From: Monocercomonoides exilis PA203
Taxonomy: Eukaryota; Protista; Preaxostyla
Direction: 5' to 3'
NCBI GenBank assembly: GCA_001643675.2
Contig: LSRY02000029.1
Coordinates: 682,001-746,000 of the forward strand
DNA length: 64,000 nt
The notes beneath the pieces were generated by a model. It had not been told where the DNA came from. It saw only the letters and a program-made list of their open reading frames with translations, and did no database searches. Position numbers and translations under genes: made by a program. This document shows, in pieces, positions 39,000-49,723 of the stretch (its first letter is position 1; each line of letters begins with the position of its first letter).

Positions 39000-41800
39000 G
39001 AAGAAGATGATGATGAACTCTAATATTGTAGCAAAGAAAAAGAGAAGGTCGAACCAAATTCTTTCCCATCTTAAACATAAACAATTATGAAACCAGCGAT
39101 TCTTGCGCTGCACATCAGACAACTTCCATTCTCTTCCACACCTTTGACGTCTTTCATCTAATTTTTATCACCATTTCCAACTTTCTCTTCCTCCTCTTCT
39201 TTTTCTTCCGTGACTGCGTTCACAATTTTGGATAAATTTTCATCCAACAGCTTCACCAAACCAGAAGAACAACCTTCTTTCACTTGAGATGTGCTTGGTT
39301 TATTAATTCTTGCTGAAATTGCACAAAAAAGCTGAAAAATATGGCTTTTTCTTATTGTTCAGCGACTGAGTTGTCACATCCAGGTGATTTTTAATCAACG
39401 CACTGAGAATCTGCATCAGATCTTTGTGGCTTATTACAGTGGGTTTGTGCTTTCTTCTTCTTCTTCTTTCTCTTCTTCTTTTATTCATTTCATCTATCCT
39501 TTTGACGAAAAAAATTTTCGTATCTTTCTTTCACTTCTTTTCCTTTCTTTTCAACTTTTCCGCTTTCAACATTCATCTCTCCTTCTCTCTCATTCTCAAT
39601 CTCGTTATTCTACATTCCTTAGTCAAAATCAAATCCATCAACAACGTTAACTTCAGCCTCCTCTTTTTCTGTATTCATTCTGCTATTGACTTCATCCATT
39701 CCTCCTTCAAAAGTCTCTTTCTCACTCTTCACATTTTCCGCATCTTTTTCCATTTCATTCTTCTCCTTAACCTCCAACCCACATCAACAATCGTACTCCA
39801 TCTCCAATTGTGAATCCTTTGTGATTAACAGATTGTTTTCTTCCACTCTTTTCCGTCCTTCTGAATCGCCTTACAACGACCAGATCATTTCACACGTTTG
39901 TAATATCTCTCACATTGCCGTTTCGCACAGAACCACAGCAGCTGTTGTTAACCGAATTATTCTCATTTCGCCTATTTAAATAAGATCCAGCAGCAGTAGT
40001 CAGAATAACTTGAACAGCATGAGGAAGAAACTCAGAAGATTACTCAAGGGAAATGAACGATCCTCACACAACCGCCGTTGATTATGCAAGATGTTTCAGG
40101 AAAAAGATGCAGAAGAAGAGGAAGAAGAAGATGACGAATAACACCAAACAGTCACAACGTTCAGCCAGCCTTCAAATTCGTGCTCGTTGTTGGGGAACTG
40201 GATGCGCTCAAGCTGTTTCACGCACATCTCAGTGAGAACTCAGAGCTTCACGCATATCTTAGAAGGTCCGGCCATATCTTTTCCTTCTATGAAAACTGCC
40301 CAGACGAATGAACAAAAAGAAGATAAAGGATATTCGCATAAGACAAGAGCAGTCGAACTTTGCTTGTTTTTTTTCAGCGCGTGTGGCAGACACTTTTTGA
40401 GTGCACCCTAGGCTTCCAGCGAGTGTTGCTTTGAAGAGTGGTAGAGAAGCGTGATCAACATCATTAAGAAGACAGAGAGAGGAGACAAGCTGCTGCTACA
40501 GTGAGGAGGAATAGAGGCAGGAGGAGGATGCAGAACCGGGCTCCGAGGAAACAGTAGATGCTGTTGATAATAATGATGCAAAAGGCAACGCATTTTATGC
40601 TGTTGCATTCTCTTTCGATGTTTGAGCGAGTAACTCATTAAGCGGCTCAGGGCTTTCATGCCATGCAAACGGCACAGTCAACTCAACGTCTTGCAGATTG
40701 GAAGATTCCGCAATGAGCTAGTGGATTGTTGTCTCAACGCTTCTCTTTTCGAATCCACAACTTATTCTAATTCTTTTTTGGGGCTCTGAAGAAATGACAG
40801 AGGGTTCCGTGTCAGTCAGGCAAGGCTCATTTGAAACAGAACGTTGTATCGCAGTCATTTCGTCATATGGGCTCATGAACACTCTTTCGTGATCGTAGAA
40901 ATTGTCGACCCGATCAGAAATCGCGTATGAACACAAACTTGATTTGAGTGCAAAATATGAAGTTTGTCTTTCGAATTCTGCTTTCCCCTTTACCAACTGA
41001 GAAAAATCAACGCGCTTTATTTCGCTCTGCAAGAAGCACACAGTCTCCAGCAGCTGCCCTTCCAGTAAAATTCCTTTGACGCTTTTCTCTTTGGATTGAG
41101 CCTCCTGTCGTACGCAGATATGCCTATAGCCTCTGCGGTTTTTGAGTATGCTCCCTTAAAAAATGTTGGAATAAAAAAAATTGAAAAAAGAAAGTTGCGA
41201 TGGAGTTGTGCTTGTAATACATGTCTTTTTCCAACAGTGGAGGCGGCTTTCACATCTAATCCCACTTTGATGAAGAGAAAAATATCAAAGATGACAAAAA
41301 CGATAACGAAAAAGAATAAGAGGAGGTGGAGGAAAAAGACAATGAAACAGATGAAGAACAATATTATTTCACTGCTCTTTGAATTCTATCAGATCCAGTA
41401 GATTTTGGTGTTCTGGCGATCTTCACTTGAATTTGCATGATCACGCTTGTATGATCTTCTCATTTTCGTATGTGATCTCGAGAAACTTCTTTATGATCTT
41501 GTGGATGTTTTGTGTTTCACAAAAACCGTGAAACTTAGCATTGTTTTCGGTTCAGTGAATTTTTGAATCAGCCAACTCCTTCGAGCCTGATGAATGATGA
41601 TTGGATGGAGAAGCATTTACAGAAGTATTTAAAGCGATTCCCTTGTTGATAATTTGGGGTCGGTTGTTGTTGATGATGATAATCAAAGAGAGTGAAATGC
41701 CATTCGAACAACAAACAACACTAAAAGAAAAAGCAGTTTTTTCAGAAAGGTGTTCCATTAAACTCATTGAAATAATGCGCACCTTTTTTCAAAAAATAGA
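39000..41800 (-). pseudogene. Fragmented coding relic(s) of unknown family
   Basis: Consecutive short minus-strand ORFs (41552-41782, 41017-41361, 40718-41041, 40408-40668) linked by stops and frameshifts. Confidence 0.4.
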
Positions 41801-42041
41801 TAAATGCTGAACTGTTTTCATAAAAAACAAATAAAATTTGAAATTGAGACAATCAGAAAATGAATTGTTCAAATGAAGAAATAATTGGAGTGAACACACG
41901 AAAAAAAGCACACTTGTTAAATATTTTGCAAGCTAACAATATATTGTTTAAACGATCAAATCAAATATTCATCAATTGCATGCAATATCTTCAAATTGAT
42001 AATCTTTCTTCATTTCACTTAAAAATATTTTATAAATTGAA

Positions 42042-42433
42042 AAGATCATGGCGTTGTGGGCATTTCATTTTTTTTGCTAGAAACAACATAAAATGATATT
42101 TAACAACTATCTGGTGTTGAAAAGTCCTCCTCCACTTTTGCCCAAAACGCACAAATAATTTGGTTAACTTATGATCAAGAATTTAGAATGTTTTAAAATA
42201 TATTAATAAGATCATGGGCGTTTTGGTCATTTTATTTTTTTGCTTAAAACAGCATAAAATGATATTTCAGCTTGTAAAGTACAGAAAAAGTGACTTTCAA
42301 TGTTGACCAAAATGCACAAGTAATTTGGTTTTATTATGATCATTAATTTTGGGAATGTGATATTTGTTTGAATATTATTCATTTAATTTGTGAATATTAT
42401 TGCTTTAATAATGCTTTCAAGTCATCAGAAAAT
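42042..42433 (+). repeat. Left TIR of element 1 (two diverged ~137-bp subunits plus an AT-rich tail)
   Basis: Reverse complement of 47594-47985. Subunits start at 42042 (aagatcatggcgttgtgggca) and 42208 (aagatcatgggcgttttggtca); each ends in tgatca. Confidence 0.95.
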
Positions 42434-43277
42434 CGTGATTAAATTTTGTTAGTTTCAAATGAGGTGAAAATTAATTTTTTCATATTTCATTGAATTAACA
42501 CCTCATATCAGAAAAATATCATTGAAATTTTTGTCTCTTTAAAAATGATTTATTTTTGAATGAAAATGCTTATTATTATTCTTCTATTCAATATATAACT
42601 GTTTTGATATCAATATCTTCATTGTTGAGTTTCAACAACAGTTGATGAATATTCAGTGATAAGAAAAACTGAAAAATAAATACATTGCTAATTTGATAAC
42701 AATCATAAAACAAAATAACACACAAATAACATTTTCACTTCAATGTATAAATCATCTGAAATATTGAAAGCAACATATAAGTTTCTTTTCTTGTTGCATC
42801 ACTTTCTAAAAAAAATATTTTTACCACATCATCATTAAAACATTCCCCAATTGTCAATTCCATACCAATTTGCATGAACAATAAAAGATTCAATAAAAAG
42901 CATAACTATTCCAACAAATACATGGTGTCATAGTCAATTCCAAACAAAAAAGATTACAAATACTTTAAGTCCAAAAACAAACTTGAATGTTTATCTTTTG
43001 TTTTTTTCTCACTCGACACTTTCTGATATTTCTCTTGTCCAAACTCAAAAAGATCAAATTCAACAGAGAAAAAAGGCAGACACAATGACAATACATCACT
43101 TCACACTCTCAGCTATTCTCCTTTCCTAAAATCAAATTCAAAAATCATTGAAACTCTTCACAACACCCATCAAAAAATGAATCTCTATTTAGACATATAT
43201 AAATAAATTTCGGGACTATAATAAAGTGAAAATATGGAAATTATCGGGACAAAAAGCACAAGAAAACAATCGGATTC

Positions 43278-43413
43278 TAACTGTTGTGCACCTGGGAGGC
43301 TGTTCGTCGTATCCAGGTCCGGATATTGCAGCCCGAAGGCTGCAATATCTAATACGAACAGTCATGTCCAGCACCCTTCCGATAGAGTGCCAGCTAAGCA
43401 TACACAACAACTA
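43278..43413 (-). ncRNA. Candidate structured RNA element (multi-stem with pseudoknot) in the 3' UTR of the transposase gene
   Basis: 13-bp closing helix (43401-43413/43278-43290), 10-bp hairpin (43368-43393), 8-bp stem (43354-43361/43300-43307), perfect 12-bp stem with C(UUCG)G loop (43322-43349) and ACCUGG/CCAGGU pseudoknot. G-U pairs and the UUCG loop favour the minus strand. Confidence 0.65.
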
Positions 43414-43418
43414 GTTTC

Positions 43419-46400
43419 TTAAAAAGGGACACCATTAATACAATTTTGAGATTCATTTAAAGATGAAGAGTCAAGAAGAAGATCAAATCTTCTTGAAAGA
43501 AGATCTTGAGAAGATTGAGAAAGAAGAGAAGAGTTGGATGATGTGATATCAGAGTGAAATGACTTTCTTGAACGTTGAACTTTTTCTTTCATTGTTGAAG
43601 ATTCGAGTGCAACCAGAGAGCGTTGAGGAAGATATCCAACAGCAGATGCGCAGACAAATGAGCCCTTGCGCTCAAAGAATAAGTAGTCCTTCATGTGAGG
43701 GACTGACAGTGAAGGCCATGAAATTTGCTGAGATGGTACGTACTCTTCAAAGTACCTCTCATGCACACACTCCTTGATAGATGTTGACGATGGGGAGTTG
43801 TTTGATGAGGATGATTCAAAAATATTCAATTGTGAAGATGATGAAACAGATGTTGAAACATTCATATTGTTTTCGAAGAAGTTGATTAAGTTATGAAGTG
43901 TAGTGATGTGTTCAGTAGATAGATTGTTGTTGATAGAATTAACTAATGCACCAAATTCACTATCACAAATATTCTTTCCGTGGTGCTCAGCGAAGAAGTT
44001 GAGTTGTGTATTTTTCTTTTTGAGAAGTTTGGATTGTTTGGAGAGAATGAAGTGAAGGAGGAAGCGATTTCGGTTGTGTGGACCCGAATCGCAGAAGAAC
44101 ATAAAAGTGTGAGTGTCTGAGAAGAAGTGTCTTTTGATCACAGATTCCAGACACTCAATAACAAATCTGTGATCATTTGAGAGGCAGTCGGAGAAGAAGT
44201 TGAAAGTTCTTTTTATTTGTTGATTATTTATTTTTTGAAGAGAGATGATTGTGAATTGAGAAACTTGTTGGTAATTAAAGAATTCTTGTTGAAGTTGATT
44301 TTTTCTGATGGGGAGTTTCCATTTCTCTTTGAAGTCGAAGACGAAGACTGCTTCTCCCTCTTTCAGATTGTCGACAGTTGATTGATAATGTTTGCGTTGC
44401 ATTTCTGCAACAAGACGATGTTGTCGAAGTAATTTAAGTGTATGAAACTCTGCTTCAGACAGTCCATTTTTGTTTTGCGATGACTTCAATTTGTTTTCCA
44501 GATAGTTCAACTTCTCACACATGCCGCAGAGATCCGTTCGTCTTTTCGCTTTGGAGAAATTGGTGGTGAGTTTGTAGAAGTGGGAAAGAGAAACTTTGAT
44601 GTTTGTTTCTTCAGAAAACTCTTTCCATAATTTCGTCTTTGGCTTGAAGATTAATCTCTTTTCGTTGGGAGAAAAGATGCCCGTTTTCTTTCTTTTTTCT
44701 TTAAGTGCTTCCAATCCATATGGAGATGTGATTGATGAAGAAAGTTGTGGAATGGAAGTTGAACAATGCAGTGGTGTGATGAACGATGACGGGGGAGTTG
44801 TTTCTGTGGACGAATTGTTGATATTTTTGGATTGTGAAGAGGAAGATGAAGAAGAGGAACCACCAAATTGGACACTTGGTTGAGTTGATTGTGATTTCTC
44901 TTTCACGTAGAATGATAAAGAAGGAATATAGCCCTGAGAAAAGAGATCTTTCCATGACTTAGCCCAATTGTCACTATCAAATTCATTAATATCATCATCG
45001 TTACAAGTGATCCACATCTTTCTAATTCCTTTCTTTCTTTCCACAACAGCAATGTGATGACCATTCCTGTTATCAAACTGTTTGTGAAGAACTTGGCCAA
45101 TGAAATGATAGAATGTTGTTTCTTTATTGTGTTTGTGAAATGTTGAATCTTTTTCATTTGCAAATCCTTTGCAAAATGAACGTTTGTTCGACATATCAGT
45201 CTCGATAAGAAGTGTTCGAGAAGGTGGAGAACTAGCAGGATCAGTACATTCATGGGAGAGGGCTAGCACTTCTGGAAATGAAATCATTTCCTCCCAACAA
45301 GCAGTACAGCATTTTTCTTTGCACTCTTCACAATATACACTATTTTTTCCATCCAGTATTTCAGTTGAAAACAAAGAAGATAAACCATTGTGAGTAGATG
45401 AAGAATTGATGATTATGCTATTGTTGATGTTGTCGATATGTGATGTGAGTTTTTGACATTTCATGCATTTCATATGTGAAATTCTAACTGGATTGAAACT
45501 ATCTTGTTTTAATAATCCGTCTTTTTCAAACAATTTATGAAGATTTTCGAAAGCTTCTGAAACATTCTGCTGCTGTTTGGTTCCATATCCGCAAAAGTCT
45601 TCCCATTTGCTAACAACTGATGGGATCCATGAATGCACTTTTGTTCCATCTTTGAGGATTTGATTGCAAATACTCATCATTCGAGAAGATAATGTCTTAT
45701 TTGAATGTGTTTTTGTGAAGATCGTTGGTTTTGAACTGCAGATCGAGGACCAGCATTGCAGAAGAGATGCCAAGTAACATGTGTTTCCAAGATTTGCCAA
45801 CCCTTTTGCTGTTTTTAATGGAGTATTTGGTGTGAATTTTAAAACATTAGCCGTTGATTTGGATGAAGAAGAAATAAACAGATCAAAATTTGTTGAATTA
45901 TCTCTTGTAATAAACTGTGACTTTTGTTGTTGTGTTGAAATGTTGCTCTCTTTTGTGAAAGATGAGACTAGATTTTGGAACGCATGAGGAGGAATAAGAG
46001 TGGGTGAGGTGACATATTCCATAAGTTGGCCGCTAACCCACATATTTTCGTTGCAAAAAGATGAAGTTGCTTTGTCTTCTGGAGAAGTATTGATTGTATC
46101 TTTTCTTTTCACTTTGATCGAAAAGGAAGAAGAGGAAGAGGAAGAAGATGAAGATGAAGATGATGATGAAGAGGAAGAGGAAGAAGGAGAAGGAGAAGGA
46201 GAAGAAGAGGGAGAGGGAGAGGGAGAAGGAGAGGGAGAGGGAGAAGGAGAGGGAGAGGGAGAGGGAGAGGGAGAAGGAGAGGGAGAGGGAGAAGGAGAAG
46301 GAGAGGGAGAGGGAGAAGGAGATGACGATGACGAAGATGATGATGAAAATGAAGATGAGGAGGAGGAAGAAGAAGAAGAAGAAGAAGAAGAAGAAGGAGA

Positions 46401-47393
46401 GGAAGAAGATGATGATGAAATGGGAGATTTTTGTTTAACTAGTTTATGAAATGGTATTGGTGATGGAGAAGTTCGACGGTAATGAAGTGTATTATTTTGT
46501 TTGATTTTTGTAGTCCATCTTTCAGCTCGAAGTGGAGTGTTAATAGGATCGTTTACTGCATGAGATGGAGAAGATTTTTTTTCTGATATAATATTTGATT
46601 TTTTATTTTGTTGGCATAATTTTTCTGATGGAGAAGATTGTATATTGTGAGAATTATTTTTTTCTGTAATGATAATATTATCCCATGCAGATTCCTCAAT
46701 GAACTGTGCGTAATCAGGAACTTTTTTTGGATTTTTCTTGGCTGATTGCAGTGAAGTTGATGCCTCTGTGGAATGGGCCAACATCCAATTGTTGCCCTTT
46801 TCCCAATCTTGTTCATTAAGACCTCAAAAAAGTTAAATAAATGAATAAACAAAAAGACAGTAAAAAATGAAATTATAGAAAAATACAATTCAAACTACTT
46901 TTACACGATGGTGTGTGAGGCAATTGTGCCGGTATTAAAAATCCTTGGTTTTTTGTGAGAGTTTGTTTTGCATAATTATACTTTCCTTCAGTAATGTCAA
47001 ATCCATAGTCCAGAAGCTCAGATAATGATGCGTTGCGCGTCAGTGCTTGTAGGATCATCGTTTGCGTGTGTAATTGTGCGTACTTGTACACAACTGAGAG
47101 ATCTTTCAGAAGTATTTCGTAATATTCTAAGTTTTTTAAATAACAAAAAAATAAATATTAATAATAAATGAATATAATAATAGATAAATTAAAGTTATTA
47201 ACAATCAAAAAATTTTGAAGTCCAAACCATTCAAGGACTTCAGTAAATCATTAATTACTGCAGATGATTTTCTGTAGTTGTAAAACAAATAGACGAGCAA
47301 TGAATCAACGTCATCTCCACCGATGCGTTGTATTTCTTTCCACAGAACGTTGCATCGTGAATTTAGAGTTGACTCTTCTTTAGAAAAGGACAT
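43419..47393 (-). CDS. USP (peptidase C19)-Sola2-like DDD transposase fusion protein, ~1263 aa, 3 exons
   Basis: Exons 47393-47228, 47126-46905 and 46822-43419 (both introns GT-AG, phase 1; 3792 nt in total). USP motifs: GLANLGNTCYLASLLQC, QQQNVSEAF, CMKC/CEEC, GHHIAVV, WITCNDDDI. Transposase motifs: TDLCGMC, VFDFKEK, FCDSGPHNRN, FFAEHHGKNICDSEFG. Confidence 0.88.
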
Positions 47394-47593
47394 ATTTGTG
47401 ATTTTTTTCAATTTATTATGGAATTATTATCAATTAATAAAAGTTTAACAGCTCAACAATTATTGTTTTAATTGCACTTTCAATATAAAAATTTCGATAA
47501 ACAAAACCAAATATCAATATTTTTGCTCAAATAAGAAATATATGTTTCAGAATTTTTTTTAACCTCATATTGAACGATAAAAATTACAAAACT

Positions 47594-47985
47594 ATTTTCT
47601 GATGACTTGAAAGCATTATTAAAGCAATAATATTCACAAATTAAATGAATAATATTCAAACAAATATCACATTCCCAAAATTAATGATCATAATAAAACC
47701 AAATTACTTGTGCATTTTGGTCAACATTGAAAGTCACTTTTTCTGTACTTTACAAGCTGAAATATCATTTTATGCTGTTTTAAGCAAAAAAATAAAATGA
47801 CCAAAACGCCCATGATCTTATTAATATATTTTAAAACATTCTAAATTCTTGATCATAAGTTAACCAAATTATTTGTGCGTTTTGGGCAAAAGTGGAGGAG
47901 GACTTTTCAACACCAGATAGTTGTTAAATATCATTTTATGTTGTTTCTAGCAAAAAAAATGAAATGCCCACAACGCCATGATCTT
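47594..47985 (-). repeat. Right TIR of element 1
   Basis: Reverse complement of 42042-42433; ends ...cgccatgatctt. Confidence 0.95.
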
Positions 47986-48438
47986 TCGACATATTTGAAA
48001 TTAAGAAAATATTTAATTTTATTTTATATTAATTTTCAATTAATAATGTTAATTAATTGCACATGAAATAAATTATTAGCATATGTTGATGTTAATTTTA
48101 TTCTCAAAAATTCTGTTTGGTAATAAATTAATTATTTGAGAGAAAATTTATTTGAGAAAAAGGTTTTTTTATCTTTATCAAACGAATTAATATAACAGCT
48201 GGAAACGAATTGATAAAAAACCAAAACAACATAAAAATGCTAGCGTCTGCAGGTTGTCGTTTTATTTATGAATAACAAATGCATTGAATTTGGTTTTTTA
48301 AGTAATGAAAAAAATGTCTGTTGTATTTCATGTGTAAAATGGTTCAATCATTTATATATAACATAAAATATTTATGAAAATATCTTTAATAATTAAATAC
48401 TGAACATATAATACATTTTTTTCGTTTGAGTGAAGAGG

Positions 48439-49723
48439 TTATGTGCGATGATGGAAAAGAAATAAATTAACATGATGATTGAAAATGATGTCATTTTGTT
48501 GCACTGGTTGCAATTGAGTACTTTTTCCGTTAACTGTGATTTTCGCATTTGTGGAACGGAAGGTTGGTGTTTGAAGAGGAACAAACGTTGAGGTGAGAAA
48601 TGTGAGGAAGGCGTCATGCAGGAGGGAAATGAAGCTGGTGAGGGCATACTCGATGGTGGCGCATGGGGCATGTTGGTGTCTGCCACAGGCATCGACATCA
48701 CTTCCACCATTTGAGACTATTTTGTTCTGGGCGATGAGGGGGAGCCAGCCATTGTACACATCGCTATCTGCAGTTCCTGCATTCCACACTCTTTTAGTTG
48801 GGGTTGTTGAACCACAATTCTCGAATGGAGATTGAGTAATGCTGCTGCCACTGAAGAACACATCATTCCCTCTGCCATTGGCTGCAGCGTTGCCATCGAA
48901 GAAGCAGAATGTGATGAATTTATTTCCGCTCATCCAGGAATAAGTGACGTACAAATAAATACCTGCCCCACCAAGAGTTGATGTTGAACTTGTCAAATTG
49001 TTGTTTATGAATTGGGACTCATTAACAAAAAATTGATTTGGATCGTTTCATGGTGGACTTGGAAATGTGAGAAAACCAGCAGAATTACCACCAGAATTTG
49101 AAATATACTGGCATTTTGTTAACAGGAATTGACTGTTTGATGGAAAAGCACCAATATAAAAATACAAACCAGTTCCACACCAATTTGTGATAGAACAATT
49201 TTCGACTTTGTTTTCTGAATGGTAATAAGCAGAATTTTGCTGTGGATTTGTTGTATGGACTGCTCCTCCATGAGCAGCAAATAATTTGAAATATTGGATT
49301 TTATCATATCAATATTCAACAAACAATTTCAGCACAACGCTCCTCCATGATCATCGGTTAACCAATTATTGAATTAAAAAGAAATGATTGTGAGATTGGC
49401 ATTTGTACAAGAAACATAAAGTGCACCACTATGATCACTACCACCAGTTGAATCGTTCCATTCGCACCATTCGAAGAGATAGCTATTCAAATCAGTAAAG
49501 GATAATCTACTTAATTTCTCTCTGTGAGATTCAGATCCATTATATTTTACAAGACAATTTGATAAAAATCGTGTTTGATAGTTAAAAGAAGCGTTGAAGG
49601 CATAAAGAGAAGTGTCAGGACTGTTGAAGTTGTGTAGGATAGCACAACAAATGACAGTTTGTTCACTATGAAATATTGAAACAAATTTGAAAAAGATGAT
49701 GTAAATAAAGAAAACTTTTGCAT
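48439..49723 (-). pseudogene. Frameshifted fragment of a GGA-repeat right-handed beta-helix (pectin-lyase-like) surface protein
   Basis: HSGALY, HGGAL, HGGAV, GGAGIY, FDGNAAANGRGNDVFF and GSDVDACG...PCATIEYAL motifs are spread over different frames with stops. Confidence 0.65.

Larger units (their letters stand above)
42042..47985 (-). mobile_element. Putatively autonomous Sola2-like DNA transposon (element 1) carrying a USP-transposase fusion
   Basis: 392-bp TIRs beginning AAGATCATGGCG with no mismatch seen; single spliced gene inside; DDD-type transposase motifs. Flanking 4-mers are TGAA / TCGA (not identical). Confidence 0.9.

Noticed and set aside
42434-43277. Fanzor/TnpB gene inside element 1 (Fanzors occur in some Sola2 elements)
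   Set aside because: The region is AT-rich with no sizeable ORF or RuvC/Zn-finger motifs.
43278-43413. Assignment of the structured element as an HDV-like ribozyme, SECIS or telomerase RNA
   Set aside because: There is no room for HDV P3/L3/P1.1 on either strand. There is no SECIS GA quartet partner or in-frame TGA in the gene, and no telomeric template.
43216-43422. Three short overlapping ORFs downstream of the transposase, or stop-codon readthrough
   Set aside because: By-product of the GC-rich structured segment; the in-frame continuation hits TGA within about 20 codons.
42208-47819. Independent nested element defined by the inner TIR units
   Set aside because: Its flanks (TAAT/ATTA) are inverted parts of the larger TIR, not a direct TSD.
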